A stretch of 20,000 nucleotides of DNA from IMG/VR virus record IMGVR_UViG_3300027896_004848; one strand, 5' to 3'. Positions 8,458-16,590 of the stretch are shown piece after piece; the first letter of the stretch is position 1; every line of letters starts with the position of its first letter. The notes below the pieces were generated by a model. The model had not been told where the DNA came from, did no database searches, and saw nothing but the letters and a program-made list of their open reading frames with translations. Made by a program: the position numbers and the translations under genes. This DNA is from an uncultured virus (IMG/VR IMGVR_UViG_3300027896_004848). Lineage: Duplodnaviria > Heunggongvirae > Uroviricota > Caudoviricetes.

Positions 8458-9330
8458 CTAAGCTAGAATAGCATCTATCCACTTAAGAGCAGCTACTCGC
8501 TGCACCTTGTTAGAACCTTCCCTTAAAGCTGGCTTTACATATTTAATAAGAATATCTTTCATGGTAGTATCTACTTCTTCTTTTACTGTGTTTTTATCAT
8601 ATCCCTCTAACCATATATCTAAAGTAATAGGTATAGGCAAAACAGAAAATGAAAAGTCTTCATGAAATTTCTGATTAGAAAGATCTCCTTCTACAGTAAC
8701 TCCCTTGGTATCTAGATTACATGAACAGGTGGCAGTTGTATTACAGGTTGTAGTAGAGTAAGCCCCCGGCTGTACATAATTTGCAAAAGCTGTCGTATCA
8801 GAAGACGAAGATGTTCCTAAAGTAGTACTTCCTACAGCGGTACCTACAGAATTACAAGTAATTGTATTATAACGCCAATTAGGATCGTAAATATAAAAAT
8901 GATTGGGGGGATTATAAATAGGTGTATAAACAGGTGTGTAAGTAGTTGTAGCATAGTAGTCTATTTCTTCATAGACTGTCACACGTATATGCCCATTATC
9001 AGGATTTGAAGGATCTTGTGCTAAACTTTTGTCAATAGCTTTTTTTATTGACATAAATTTAAACTTATTTCCACTATCATTATCCGTAAGAAATCTCTCT
9101 AAATCTAATGTCTGTTCTGGGTATAGTACAAGTTGTTTGCCAAATAGGACATCAGTACCGTCAATAGATATACCTATCTTACATCTCTTATTCTTTTGAT
9201 TTTTTAGTCGTAATTTATACTCTGAATCAAAAGGAATAATACATGTCCTACGACCGTTTTTGTTTACTTCTCTAAGTAGATGATTGTCATGAATTACCGA
9301 TACTACAAATTGACTCTGATAAGCTGCCAT
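8458..9330 (-). CDS. Hypothetical protein: beta-rich domain interrupted by Thr/Ser-rich low-complexity segment
   Basis: AAGGAG RBS supports ATG 9330; YKLRLKN...ISIDGTDV...DLERF...DNGHIRVTVYEE...GVTVEG. Confidence 0.65.
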   Translation of the reverse strand: MAAYQSQFVVSVIHDNHLLREVNKNGRRTCIIPFDSEYKLRLKNQKNKRCKIGISIDGTDVLFGKQLVLYPEQTLDLERFLTDNDSGNKFKFMSIKKAIDKSLAQDPSNPDNGHIRVTVYEEIDYYATTTYTPVYTPIYNPPNHFYIYDPNWRYNTITCNSVGTAVGSTTLGTSSSSDTTAFANYVQPGAYSTTTCNTTATCSCNLDTKGVTVEGDLSNQKFHEDFSFSVLPIPITLDIWLEGYDKNTVKEEVDTTMKDILIKYVKPALREGSNKVQRVAALKWIDAILA

Positions 9331-9417
9331 AGAATTCTCCTTTTTATGTGGCTCGGGCAGGTCCACGGTTTATAAGCCCGATGAAAATGGCAGCTATTAA
9401 ATTTTATGAGTAGATTA

Positions 9418-10029
9418 TCAGACGAATACTTTTCTTTTTACTTGGCAGATTTGTCGCACAGTATCTACAATATTTAGGGATTCTTTGAAGGCTAATAAAA
9501 CAGGATCTCTGGAAAAATCTTTTCTTTTCCCTTCTTTAAATTCAATAGTGTTTTGAGAGCAAAAGAAATCTCTGCCTACTTTTAGAGGGGCTCCCTTTAA
9601 TGAAGTAAGTGTATTATAAGAACATATAAAAGTGCCACCAATCTCTTGAGGAGCACCCTCAAGTGAGACAAGCTTATTGTGCGAGCAAGCAAATCTACCA
9701 TGAATGATTTCAGGAGAGTGTTTTAAAGAGGAAAGATTGTTTACATGGCAGTAAAAATTATGACCTACTATTTTTGGAGCATGATTTAACGATGTAATAT
9801 TATTATAAGAACAATAAAAATTATGACTGATTTCTTGAGGAGCCCCCTCAAGTGAGCTAAGCTTATTATAAGAACACCAGAAAGAACCAGTTATTTTTTT
9901 AAACTTGAATGGTAATTTTTTTAAATTTTTATAATTTAGTATATAATTTAGATTAACATTGTGAAATACACTAATAGAACCATCTTCATGCTCGGTATAC
10001 CTATGGATTCCAAAGTCTTCTGGTCTCAT
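9418..10029 (-). CDS. 22-residue LRR-like repeat protein (FxCSxNxLxSLxGAP)
   Basis: Five tandem 22-aa repeats plus a partial sixth, e.g. GSFWCSYNKLSSLEGAPQEI, GRFACSHNKLVSLEGAPQEI. Confidence 0.8.
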   Translation of the reverse strand: MRPEDFGIHRYTEHEDGSISVFHNVNLNYILNYKNLKKLPFKFKKITGSFWCSYNKLSSLEGAPQEISHNFYCSYNNITSLNHAPKIVGHNFYCHVNNLSSLKHSPEIIHGRFACSHNKLVSLEGAPQEIGGTFICSYNTLTSLKGAPLKVGRDFFCSQNTIEFKEGKRKDFSRDPVLLAFKESLNIVDTVRQICQVKRKVFV

Positions 10030-10374
10030 TTACCTAGGCTCGAATTGTTGATTTGTCTCCGCGCTTTTTATTGGCATTAATAAGGCTATATTTTTTCTGT
10101 AAAGACACATGGCCTTAGAATCCTTTAAAGCAAATAAAAGTCTATAGGATAGTATGTCTATAGAGTCACTATCAAACAGACTACAGTAATTTAGATAATT
10201 CTTAATCACAATTTCTATTTTTTCAGAGTACCTTCCACCTGTCAGTAATACTGTAGCATCTTGTATGATATTGTTGCTTGTCCTTAAAAGTCTTCTCAAT
10301 TTATAAATAGTCTCACTATCTTTTTCTGTTATTGCAGGGCATACTCCGCAGTTTTCGTACGAAATTTCTATCAT
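10030..10374 (-). CDS. Hypothetical protein
   Basis: ATGA overlap with upstream stop; own stop abuts next ATG; N-terminal CGVC. Confidence 0.6.
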   Translation of the reverse strand: MIEISYENCGVCPAITEKDSETIYKLRRLLRTSNNIIQDATVLLTGGRYSEKIEIVIKNYLNYCSLFDSDSIDILSYRLLFALKDSKAMCLYRKNIALLMPIKSAETNQQFEPR

Positions 10375-10820
10375 ACTTCCAAAAACTTTCCTATGGCACT
10401 GTGTAGGCTAGCCAAGTCATCCTTTGATACTTCTTTATTAGTAGTAGAAAAAAGAATTTTGTCTTCTATTTCTACAAAAAAATGAGTCTCCTTGCCAAAC
10501 ACAAATCTTACTTTTTTATATGTAGGAATACTGACATTTTCACAAGGCTCCCATTTGCAACCCATTGTATCCATATCAAAGCCACAATTTATCCTAAAAC
10601 TACCTAATTTATATTTATTATCAACATAGCAAAAGCAAAAAATATTTGTGGTATCTTCTGATAGCTCTAGGGGTATTACCCACTCCTTTTCATCCCAGTG
10701 ACTCCACCGTATAGCTTCGCCCTGCACAGATAAAAAAAATTTTTTATTAAACATCTTTTTTTCATGAGTAAGTGAAACTTCTGGGTTTGCCATATTCACA
10801 AGAGACTGTAAGAAATCCAT
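10371..10820 (-). CDS. Hypothetical protein, first gene of the minus-strand operon
   Basis: ATG 10820 preferred since TTG 10829 falls inside the predicted -10 box. Confidence 0.6.
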   Translation of the reverse strand: MDFLQSLVNMANPEVSLTHEKKMFNKKFFLSVQGEAIRWSHWDEKEWVIPLELSEDTTNIFCFCYVDNKYKLGSFRINCGFDMDTMGCKWEPCENVSIPTYKKVRFVFGKETHFFVEIEDKILFSTTNKEVSKDDLASLHSAIGKFLEV

Positions 10821-10827
10821 ATACAAC

Positions 10828-10856
10828 AATGTATACTATCTTGTGCTTTGTGTCAA
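10828..10856 (-). promoter_or_regulatory. sigma70-type promoter for the 8458-10820 operon
   Basis: TTGACA (10856-10851), 17 nt spacer, TACATT (10833-10828). Confidence 0.6.
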
Positions 10857-10938
10857 CATAAAACTTTAAGAGTATTTTTTAGGCATGCCAAACTCATATA
10901 ATTATTGTAAATTAAAATAGAATTCGGAGGGGGGGAAT

Positions 10939-11883
10939 ATGCAGACTATTAGTATAAATTTTGATGATCATGATTTATTTAAAATTCAGGTAAAACAATA
11001 TTATAAGGAGCTAGAGTATCTGATCAAGAAATTACCTAAAAAAGAACAGGATTTATTTTCTTTATATTTTGTTTTAGAAAAACCACAAAAAGAAATTGCC
11101 TCTGTTTTTAACCTTACTCAAGGTGGGGTCTCCCATAGAATTAATCGAGCCAAACAAAGACTCAGGTATTTAATTGAACGGCCTATATTAAAAAAAGAGA
11201 CATTATTTAAAGAGTTGGTACCTGTTGTACCAAAATTAGAAGACAGGACTATGTTGTGGGAGTTGTATAAAACAAGTTGTCAAAGTGATGCTGCTAAAAG
11301 TATAGGTGTCTCCCAATCTTCAGTGAGAAATAGACTGGTAAAATATTTAAAGAAATTAAAAAAAATGAAAACTAATAAAATATTTGCTAAGTATTATGAT
11401 GCCTTTTCTTTATTATTTGAAGACAATTTTAATATTCTAAAAGAAGTAAAACTACCAAAATGGGAGCATAAAAATAAGGATAAAGAACTTAATACCAACA
11501 AGGATATGTACCTGAAACTTACAGCTTCCTTGAATATAGGAGATACTGTTTTAATTTCTGAAGGTGCTTATCGCAATCTTAATGCTAAGATATTAAAAGT
11601 TTATGAAGAAAGTAAAACAGCAGACTTATCAGTACAGTTAAATACTTTAAAAGTGCTTGCTAAAAAGATTCCTTTTAATTGGTTTACGAAGAAAAATGAT
11701 ATGCTCTTAGAGAATGTAATACATCTTTTGAAGACTAAAAAACAAATGACAAAAGAAGAATTAATTCATCGTATGCCTATGCCTAAAACTACTTTAAATA
11801 AGTATATAGACTATCTTAATAGTCACAATTTAGTGAATATAAGTAAAAGTCCTTTACATACATATATCAGATATAATTTTTAA
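10939..11883 (+). CDS. Multidomain transcription regulator: two sigma70 region-4-like HTHs, NusG-like KOW domain, winged HTH
   Basis: LPKKEQDLFSLYFVLEKPQKEIASVFNLTQGGVSHRINRAKQRLR; QSDAAKSIGVSQSSVRNRL; LNIGDTVLISEGAYRNLNAKILKV; LLKTKKQMTKEELIHRMPMPKTTLNKYIDYLNSHNLV; GGAGG RBS. Confidence 0.75.
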   Translation: MQTISINFDDHDLFKIQVKQYYKELEYLIKKLPKKEQDLFSLYFVLEKPQKEIASVFNLTQGGVSHRINRAKQRLRYLIERPILKKETLFKELVPVVPKLEDRTMLWELYKTSCQSDAAKSIGVSQSSVRNRLVKYLKKLKKMKTNKIFAKYYDAFSLLFEDNFNILKEVKLPKWEHKNKDKELNTNKDMYLKLTASLNIGDTVLISEGAYRNLNAKILKVYEESKTADLSVQLNTLKVLAKKIPFNWFTKKNDMLLENVIHLLKTKKQMTKEELIHRMPMPKTTLNKYIDYLNSHNLVNISKSPLHTYIRYNF

Positions 11884-12026
11884 TTATCTGTGTCTTTATC
11901 CTGACTACAGGTATATGTCTGATTTAAATAACTGTACTGCTTGTGTTTTTGTATATCCACAGCGGTAATATAATTTGTGGTAGCTGTACCAACTGTGAAT
12001 CCTAAAAGAAAAATAAAGATCAACAT
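11880..12026 (-). CDS. 48-aa protein with hydrophobic N-terminus (not in the ORF track)
   Basis: AGGAG-4nt-ATG at 12026; MLIFIFLLGFTVGTATTNYITAVDIQKHKQYSYLNQTYTCSQDKDTDN; stop overlaps the regulator's stop (TTAA 11880-11883). Confidence 0.55.
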   Translation of the reverse strand: MLIFIFLLGFTVGTATTNYITAVDIQKHKQYSYLNQTYTCSQDKDTDN

Positions 12027-12198
12027 AGTTCTCCTGACTTTTGGTCCTGTGGAGATTGCTATATCGACTGAGCTACACAGGAATAAAGCTAAGATACACA
12101 GCTAAGCTAGTTGTTGTCAAATAATTTTATTGTGGGATTTTTAGAGGAAGAAGGCGTTATTAGTAAAACTGGTTATTATTATTATCTTATTTAATTTA

Positions 12199-12346
12199 TT
12201 TACGGAAATTGTTACGGAAATTACTGGTTTTTAAGAACAGAAATTAAAATTTTTTATTATAGCAGCCGGTGAATTACCTAATTTATTACCTACGTTTAGG
12301 CTGCCCCAAGAAAATATAAAAAGTTACGTAAATTGCTACGATAAAT
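12199..12346 (+). repeat. Three pairs of 12-bp-period direct repeats, consensus ~nTTACgnAAaTT
   Basis: TTTACGGAAATT/GTTACGGAAATT (12199-12222); ATTACCTAATTT/ATTACCTACGTT (12273-12296); GTTACGTAAATT/GCTACGATAAAT (12323-12346). Confidence 0.55.
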
Positions 12347-12536
12347 ATTATCATAAATTGGAAGTACTTCTGTTCAAGAGCTGTTCTACTAAAGGATCTT
12401 TGACCATTTATGTCTATCACAATAACATAATAAAAATTTTATATTCCTATATTAATTATGTCATAACATAGACTTAGCTCATTTTTCAAGAGAAATAAAG
12501 TATTAATATTCCAGTATTTATTGTGATTTAGGCTAC

Positions 12537-12568
12537 GTCACTGTCCTATGTTTTAGGAGAGTGGTGAC
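12537..12568 (+). promoter_or_regulatory. 5'-leader hairpin of the decoration/capsid operon
   Basis: GTCACTGTCCTA-TGTTT-TAGGAGAGTGGTGAC imperfect inverted repeat ~30 nt before ATG 12600. Confidence 0.45.
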
Positions 12569-12599
12569 TTAGTAAATATTAATTTTTTAGGAGGTTACT

Positions 12600-13160
12600 A
12601 TGGGGTTTTTAGAGGAACAAGGCGGGATTCTCAGAATTTTATACGTTGGGACCCGTAATACGATTGAATCACTAGAAAGCGCTGCTTTCACAAAAGTGAA
12701 CAATGATCCTGCTATCCCACAACTTGCTGCTAACACAACCACAGCTCTCGTAAAGAAGCTCGGTCTGTTGGCTGGTTCAGTTGTTGCGGTTAAAGGTAGC
12801 GGAGTTATTGGTGCAGCTGGTGCAGCTGGTGTTAATGACAATGTTGTTGGTCTTATGGTCAACGATGCTGCAGGAAATGCCTTCGAATCTTCAAGTGCTG
12901 CAGCTTCTGGCAAAGGCGTCTATGTTTGCAATATGGGCGTGTACGAAGCCAGTATTTTTGAAACAGCTGATGTAGCTGGTGGAAGTATTGTCGGATCTTA
13001 TGTCCCAGGCGCAAAGCTTTATTCAAGCGCAAATGGTCTTTTGACAACTGCTGCCGGTCTTGCTGGTGGAGCAGCTCTTCCTGGTTCTACCGTAATTGGT
13101 ATTGTCATGAAGTCTCCTTCTGCAACTGATATGTCCATTCGTTTTAACATGAGAATTTAA
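12600..13160 (+). CDS. Capsid decoration/cement-type structural protein
   Basis: AGGAGG RBS; A/G-rich 186 aa; GL..NDA.GN.FE, YVPGAKLYSSANGLLT, VIGIV...P; directly upstream of the MCP; high-expression-like codon use. Confidence 0.7.
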   Translation: MGFLEEQGGILRILYVGTRNTIESLESAAFTKVNNDPAIPQLAANTTTALVKKLGLLAGSVVAVKGSGVIGAAGAAGVNDNVVGLMVNDAAGNAFESSSAAASGKGVYVCNMGVYEASIFETADVAGGSIVGSYVPGAKLYSSANGLLTTAAGLAGGAALPGSTVIGIVMKSPSATDMSIRFNMRI

Positions 13161-13196
13161 GTTAGTTTATATAAACAATTTTTGGAGGATTTAAAA

Positions 13197-14078
13197 ATGG
13201 AGAATTTTGCACAACCCGCCAGCAATGAATTAAAAGAAAAAGTAATTGCTGAGTATATAAAGACAGCCGCTGGCAGACAAAAACTGGCTGCTTCTATGAT
13301 TCAGCCTCTACGCTATCGTAGAGATTATACATCGGTAGGCCGCAGGGCTTTCTTGGTCGAACAGCTCCCGGACGGTGCACTTCCAGTGTACGATAAAGAT
13401 ACCAAAGCTACAGCATACGTTGTAGGCGAAGAAGGTGAATCGATTCTTGCTATTCAGAAACCCAAAAGGGTTATTTTCCCATTGTTCGAAATTTCAAGTT
13501 TGCCAACTATTCCTCTGACTCAGGTCAAGGAACGCAGGTTTGATCTGATCGAACGTGCTCAGGACCTCGCTAAAGCTGAAATTCAAGCTGAAGAAGATGG
13601 TCGCGTGTTTGGAATTATGGATGCTGTTGCTGGCAACGCTGCTGACGATGGCTTGACCAATCCAGATATCGCTGTTGCTGCTCCTATCACAGCTTCTTTC
13701 TTTGCTGATGCTTTTGCTGATATCGAAAGACACGATCTTCGTGTTGCTCGCATATTCATGAATCCAAAAGATTATACAGATGTTAGAAAATGGGGGCGTG
13801 ACGTCCTTGATATCGAATCACAGGCTTCCTTATTGAAGACTGGTTTGATGGCTTATCTTTGGGGCGCTCAGATAATTGTATCGAGAAAAGTTCCAGTTGG
13901 TTATGCATATGTTTGTGCAGAACCAGAGTTTTTTGGCCGTATCCCAGTTCGTACAGAATTGACTGTACTTTCTGCTGATGATCCAAAAGCTCGTACGATT
14001 GGCTTCTCGATTTTTGAAAACCTAGGAATAGGTTGTCATAACCCTGGCGGTCTTTCAAGATTAGTAATCGCTCGCTAA
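13197..14078 (+). CDS. Major capsid protein, HK97-like fold
   Basis: GGAGG at 13184-13188 supports ATG 13197 (293 aa); VEQLPDGALPVYDKD, V..PLFEI...P.I, IQAEEDGRVF, IFMNPKDYTDVRKW, LWGAQIIVSRKVP; followed by a strong terminator. Confidence 0.88.
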   Translation: MENFAQPASNELKEKVIAEYIKTAAGRQKLAASMIQPLRYRRDYTSVGRRAFLVEQLPDGALPVYDKDTKATAYVVGEEGESILAIQKPKRVIFPLFEISSLPTIPLTQVKERRFDLIERAQDLAKAEIQAEEDGRVFGIMDAVAGNAADDGLTNPDIAVAAPITASFFADAFADIERHDLRVARIFMNPKDYTDVRKWGRDVLDIESQASLLKTGLMAYLWGAQIIVSRKVPVGYAYVCAEPEFFGRIPVRTELTVLSADDPKARTIGFSIFENLGIGCHNPGGLSRLVIAR

Positions 14079-14109
14079 TTAGATAAGTATTTGATTTTGT
14101 TGTTAATTT

Positions 14110-14157
14110 AACCTCGATGTCATTATTTTTAAATAATGACATCGGGGTTTTTATTTA
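14110..14157 (+). terminator. Intrinsic terminator after the MCP gene
   Basis: AACCTCGATGTCATTATTT / AAATAATGACATCGGGGTT inverted repeat (~19-bp arms, one G-U) followed by a T tract. Confidence 0.85.
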
Positions 14158-14167
14158 TCTTTTTCAA

Positions 14168-14195
14168 TTGTTAATAAATTGGTTTTTGCTATAGT
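14168..14195 (+). promoter_or_regulatory. Candidate extended -10 sigma70 promoter for the nuclease-methyltransferase gene
   Basis: TTGTTA (14168-14173), 16 nt spacer, TGC-TATAGT (14190-14195), just after the terminator. Confidence 0.4.
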
Positions 14196-14223
14196 TAAAT
14201 CTCAGATATTTAGGGGGAAACAA

Positions 14224-16590
14224 GTGGCACCTAGAATACCTTTAACTCCAGAACTAGAGGCTAAAATACAAAATTTAATAGATCTAGGATTATTTGACGC
14301 TCAGATAGAAAAACAACATGGAATACCTGCGACTTGGGTAAAAAAATATAAAAAACTACATAATATACCTAATAACTATTATAAGCAATTTGATACTGTT
14401 TTTGATCCTGAAAAAGATATTATTACTAAAGCGCAATTAGAGGAATGCATAAAAAAAAATCTTACTATAAATCAGGCTGCAGAAAAGTTAGGCGTATCCA
14501 GAACTGTGGTGACAACACGTCAAAAAGCTTGGGGACTGTCATTCAGTAAAGCTAAATTTGATCCAAAAAAGTATGAAGAATTAAAGAGTTTGGGATTATT
14601 AGACAAAGAAATAGCTGAAAAAATGGGGATGACATCTCATGGCCTATTTAGTAGAAAAAAAGACTTTGATTTAAAAACTGATAAGAGAAATTGGGAGACC
14701 ATAAGTAAAGAAGATTTAGAAGATCTTTATCTGAAACAACATCTTCAGGTTTCAGAAATATGTAAAAAATTAAATAAAGCTCATAGTGTTGTTTATCGAT
14801 ATTTAAATGAATATAAGATAACACTTAGACGAGAAGACGGCATACAAATAAGAAAACCAGAATTACAAGAATTACTTAATAAAAATATTTCAATAGCAGA
14901 GATAGCTAAAATAAAAAATACAACTCCTCTTTCCATAAAAAAAGCTATGATTCGTTGCAGTTTAGATAAAGGAATTTTATATAATGATATTGGGGAGCCT
15001 ATTAATGTTTTTACAACAATTCAAAAACAACTAATATATGGAGGCTTGCTAGGAGATTCTTATTTAGAATATGAACATGCTAATGGAAGTATTAGATTTG
15101 TTCATGGACCTTTACAAAAAGAATATCTAGAATATAAATATAATATATTAAAAAATTTCTCACAGGCACACGGCGTTGCACTTAGAGTTGGAGAGACTGT
15201 TTCTTATGCCTTTAATACTATTCAAAGTCGTCTTTTTACTGACATGTACTCTCTTTTTTATAATCCTTTAAAATATGTTAATAAAAAAGTTTTAGATGAA
15301 TTAGATGAAAGAGGACTGGCTTTTTGGTATATGGATGACGGATATCTGCATAATGAGAACAACCCCTGTCTTTGTACGGAATCTTTTACTCTTTCAGATG
15401 TTATTCTTATACAAACCTATTTTAAGGAACGCTGGGGAATTACTTGTGAAATCACTAAAGAAAATAGAATATCTTTTAAAGAAAATAACGGATTTAAATT
15501 CATAGAGCTTATTCGGCCCTTTATTCTTACACCTTTATTTAGTTACAAATTAATAAAAGAATATGAAAAATATAAAAAAAGTGTGCTTATCAAAAAAGAA
15601 GAATGGCAGAAATTTACAGAAGAAGAAATGCAGCAATATGTGAATAGAGTATTTGATTATTATAAGCTTAAAAGGTTTCCTTATGTGAAGATGGAAAATA
15701 ATAAAATAAATAAAACTCTTAATTGTTTATTTAATTTAAACAGTCAACAGATAAATAAAAAAGAAAATGTTTTATCACAGAATTTAATAGGTCAAAATAT
15801 TTGTAATTTTTATATGCCACATATTTTTGAGACACGTAATAAGGGTTCGAGGACTCCTATAGAAGTTTTTAATAATGATATTCTATTTAAAAAAGCTATT
15901 AAAAAAAGAATATATCACGGTGGTAGTGACATGTCTGATTACGGTATAAGAAAGACATTATCTTGGGCTTGTGGGGCTATTAAAGTATCTAATTTTAGGC
16001 CGACTGTTGCTAAATATATTTACGATAATTACTCTGGGGAAGGGGTTGTTCTAGATTTTTCTGCAGGATATGGGGGAAGACTTTTAGGAGCAATATCTTC
16101 AAGTAAAGTTAAAAGTTATACTGGTATAGAACCTTGTATAAAAACATATACAGGATTATCAAAAATGGCTCAAGATCTTACAAATAAAAGAATTATTTTA
16201 TATAACGAACCTTTTGAAGATATAACTTTAGAAGAAAAATATGATTTAGCTTTTAGTTCACCCCCGTATTTTAATATAGAAGAATATGAGTATGCCGATA
16301 CCCAATCTTTTATAAGATATAATACAAAAAAAGAATGGCGAGAATATTTTTTAAAGATTTTAATACAAAAATCTTATAACTTATTAAAGAATAATGGTTA
16401 TTTTATTATTAATATAGCGAATGTCAGGACATATCTCAATTTAGAGGCAGATACTTTAGCTTTAGCAAAAGAAATTGGCTTTTCCTTATTAAAAGTATAT
16501 AAAATGGAGTTATCTAGTATGTCTAAAAAAGACAAATATGAGCCTATTTTTGTTTTCAAGAAAGGAGCCTCCGATGACCAAGACTTATGA
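14224..16590 (+). CDS. Fusion of five HTH repeats, double-motif LAGLIDADG endonuclease and amino (N4C/N6A) DNA methyltransferase
   Basis: AGGGGG RBS supports GTG 14224; IYGGLLGDS (~15034-15060) and LAFWYMDDG (15316-15342); SNFRPTVAK, motif I LDFSAGYGG (16051-16077), motif IV SPPYF (16258-16272); one continuous frame. Confidence 0.85.
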   Translation: MAPRIPLTPELEAKIQNLIDLGLFDAQIEKQHGIPATWVKKYKKLHNIPNNYYKQFDTVFDPEKDIITKAQLEECIKKNLTINQAAEKLGVSRTVVTTRQKAWGLSFSKAKFDPKKYEELKSLGLLDKEIAEKMGMTSHGLFSRKKDFDLKTDKRNWETISKEDLEDLYLKQHLQVSEICKKLNKAHSVVYRYLNEYKITLRREDGIQIRKPELQELLNKNISIAEIAKIKNTTPLSIKKAMIRCSLDKGILYNDIGEPINVFTTIQKQLIYGGLLGDSYLEYEHANGSIRFVHGPLQKEYLEYKYNILKNFSQAHGVALRVGETVSYAFNTIQSRLFTDMYSLFYNPLKYVNKKVLDELDERGLAFWYMDDGYLHNENNPCLCTESFTLSDVILIQTYFKERWGITCEITKENRISFKENNGFKFIELIRPFILTPLFSYKLIKEYEKYKKSVLIKKEEWQKFTEEEMQQYVNRVFDYYKLKRFPYVKMENNKINKTLNCLFNLNSQQINKKENVLSQNLIGQNICNFYMPHIFETRNKGSRTPIEVFNNDILFKKAIKKRIYHGGSDMSDYGIRKTLSWACGAIKVSNFRPTVAKYIYDNYSGEGVVLDFSAGYGGRLLGAISSSKVKSYTGIEPCIKTYTGLSKMAQDLTNKRIILYNEPFEDITLEEKYDLAFSSPPYFNIEEYEYADTQSFIRYNTKKEWREYFLKILIQKSYNLLKNNGYFIINIANVRTYLNLEADTLALAKEIGFSLLKVYKMELSSMSKKDKYEPIFVFKKGASDDQDL

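Noticed and set aside
10939..11883. Bona fide sigma factor
   Set aside because: No sigma region 2 recognisable; only region-4-like HTHs.
1381..12583. TATTAAT as a late-promoter motif (1381, 1936, 3349, 12501, 12577)
   Set aside because: An all-A/T 7-mer is expected many times by chance at this base composition; not supportable without start-site data.
12027..12599. CRISPR mini-array or tRNA in the long intergenic region
   Set aside because: Repeats are 12-bp degenerate tandem pairs without regular spacers; no cloverleaf recognised.
14224..15560. Intein or group I intron hosting the LAGLIDADG domain
   Set aside because: No Hint motifs (Cys start, His-Asn-C/S/T end); the MCP gene is intact and terminated; the frame continues directly into the methyltransferase.
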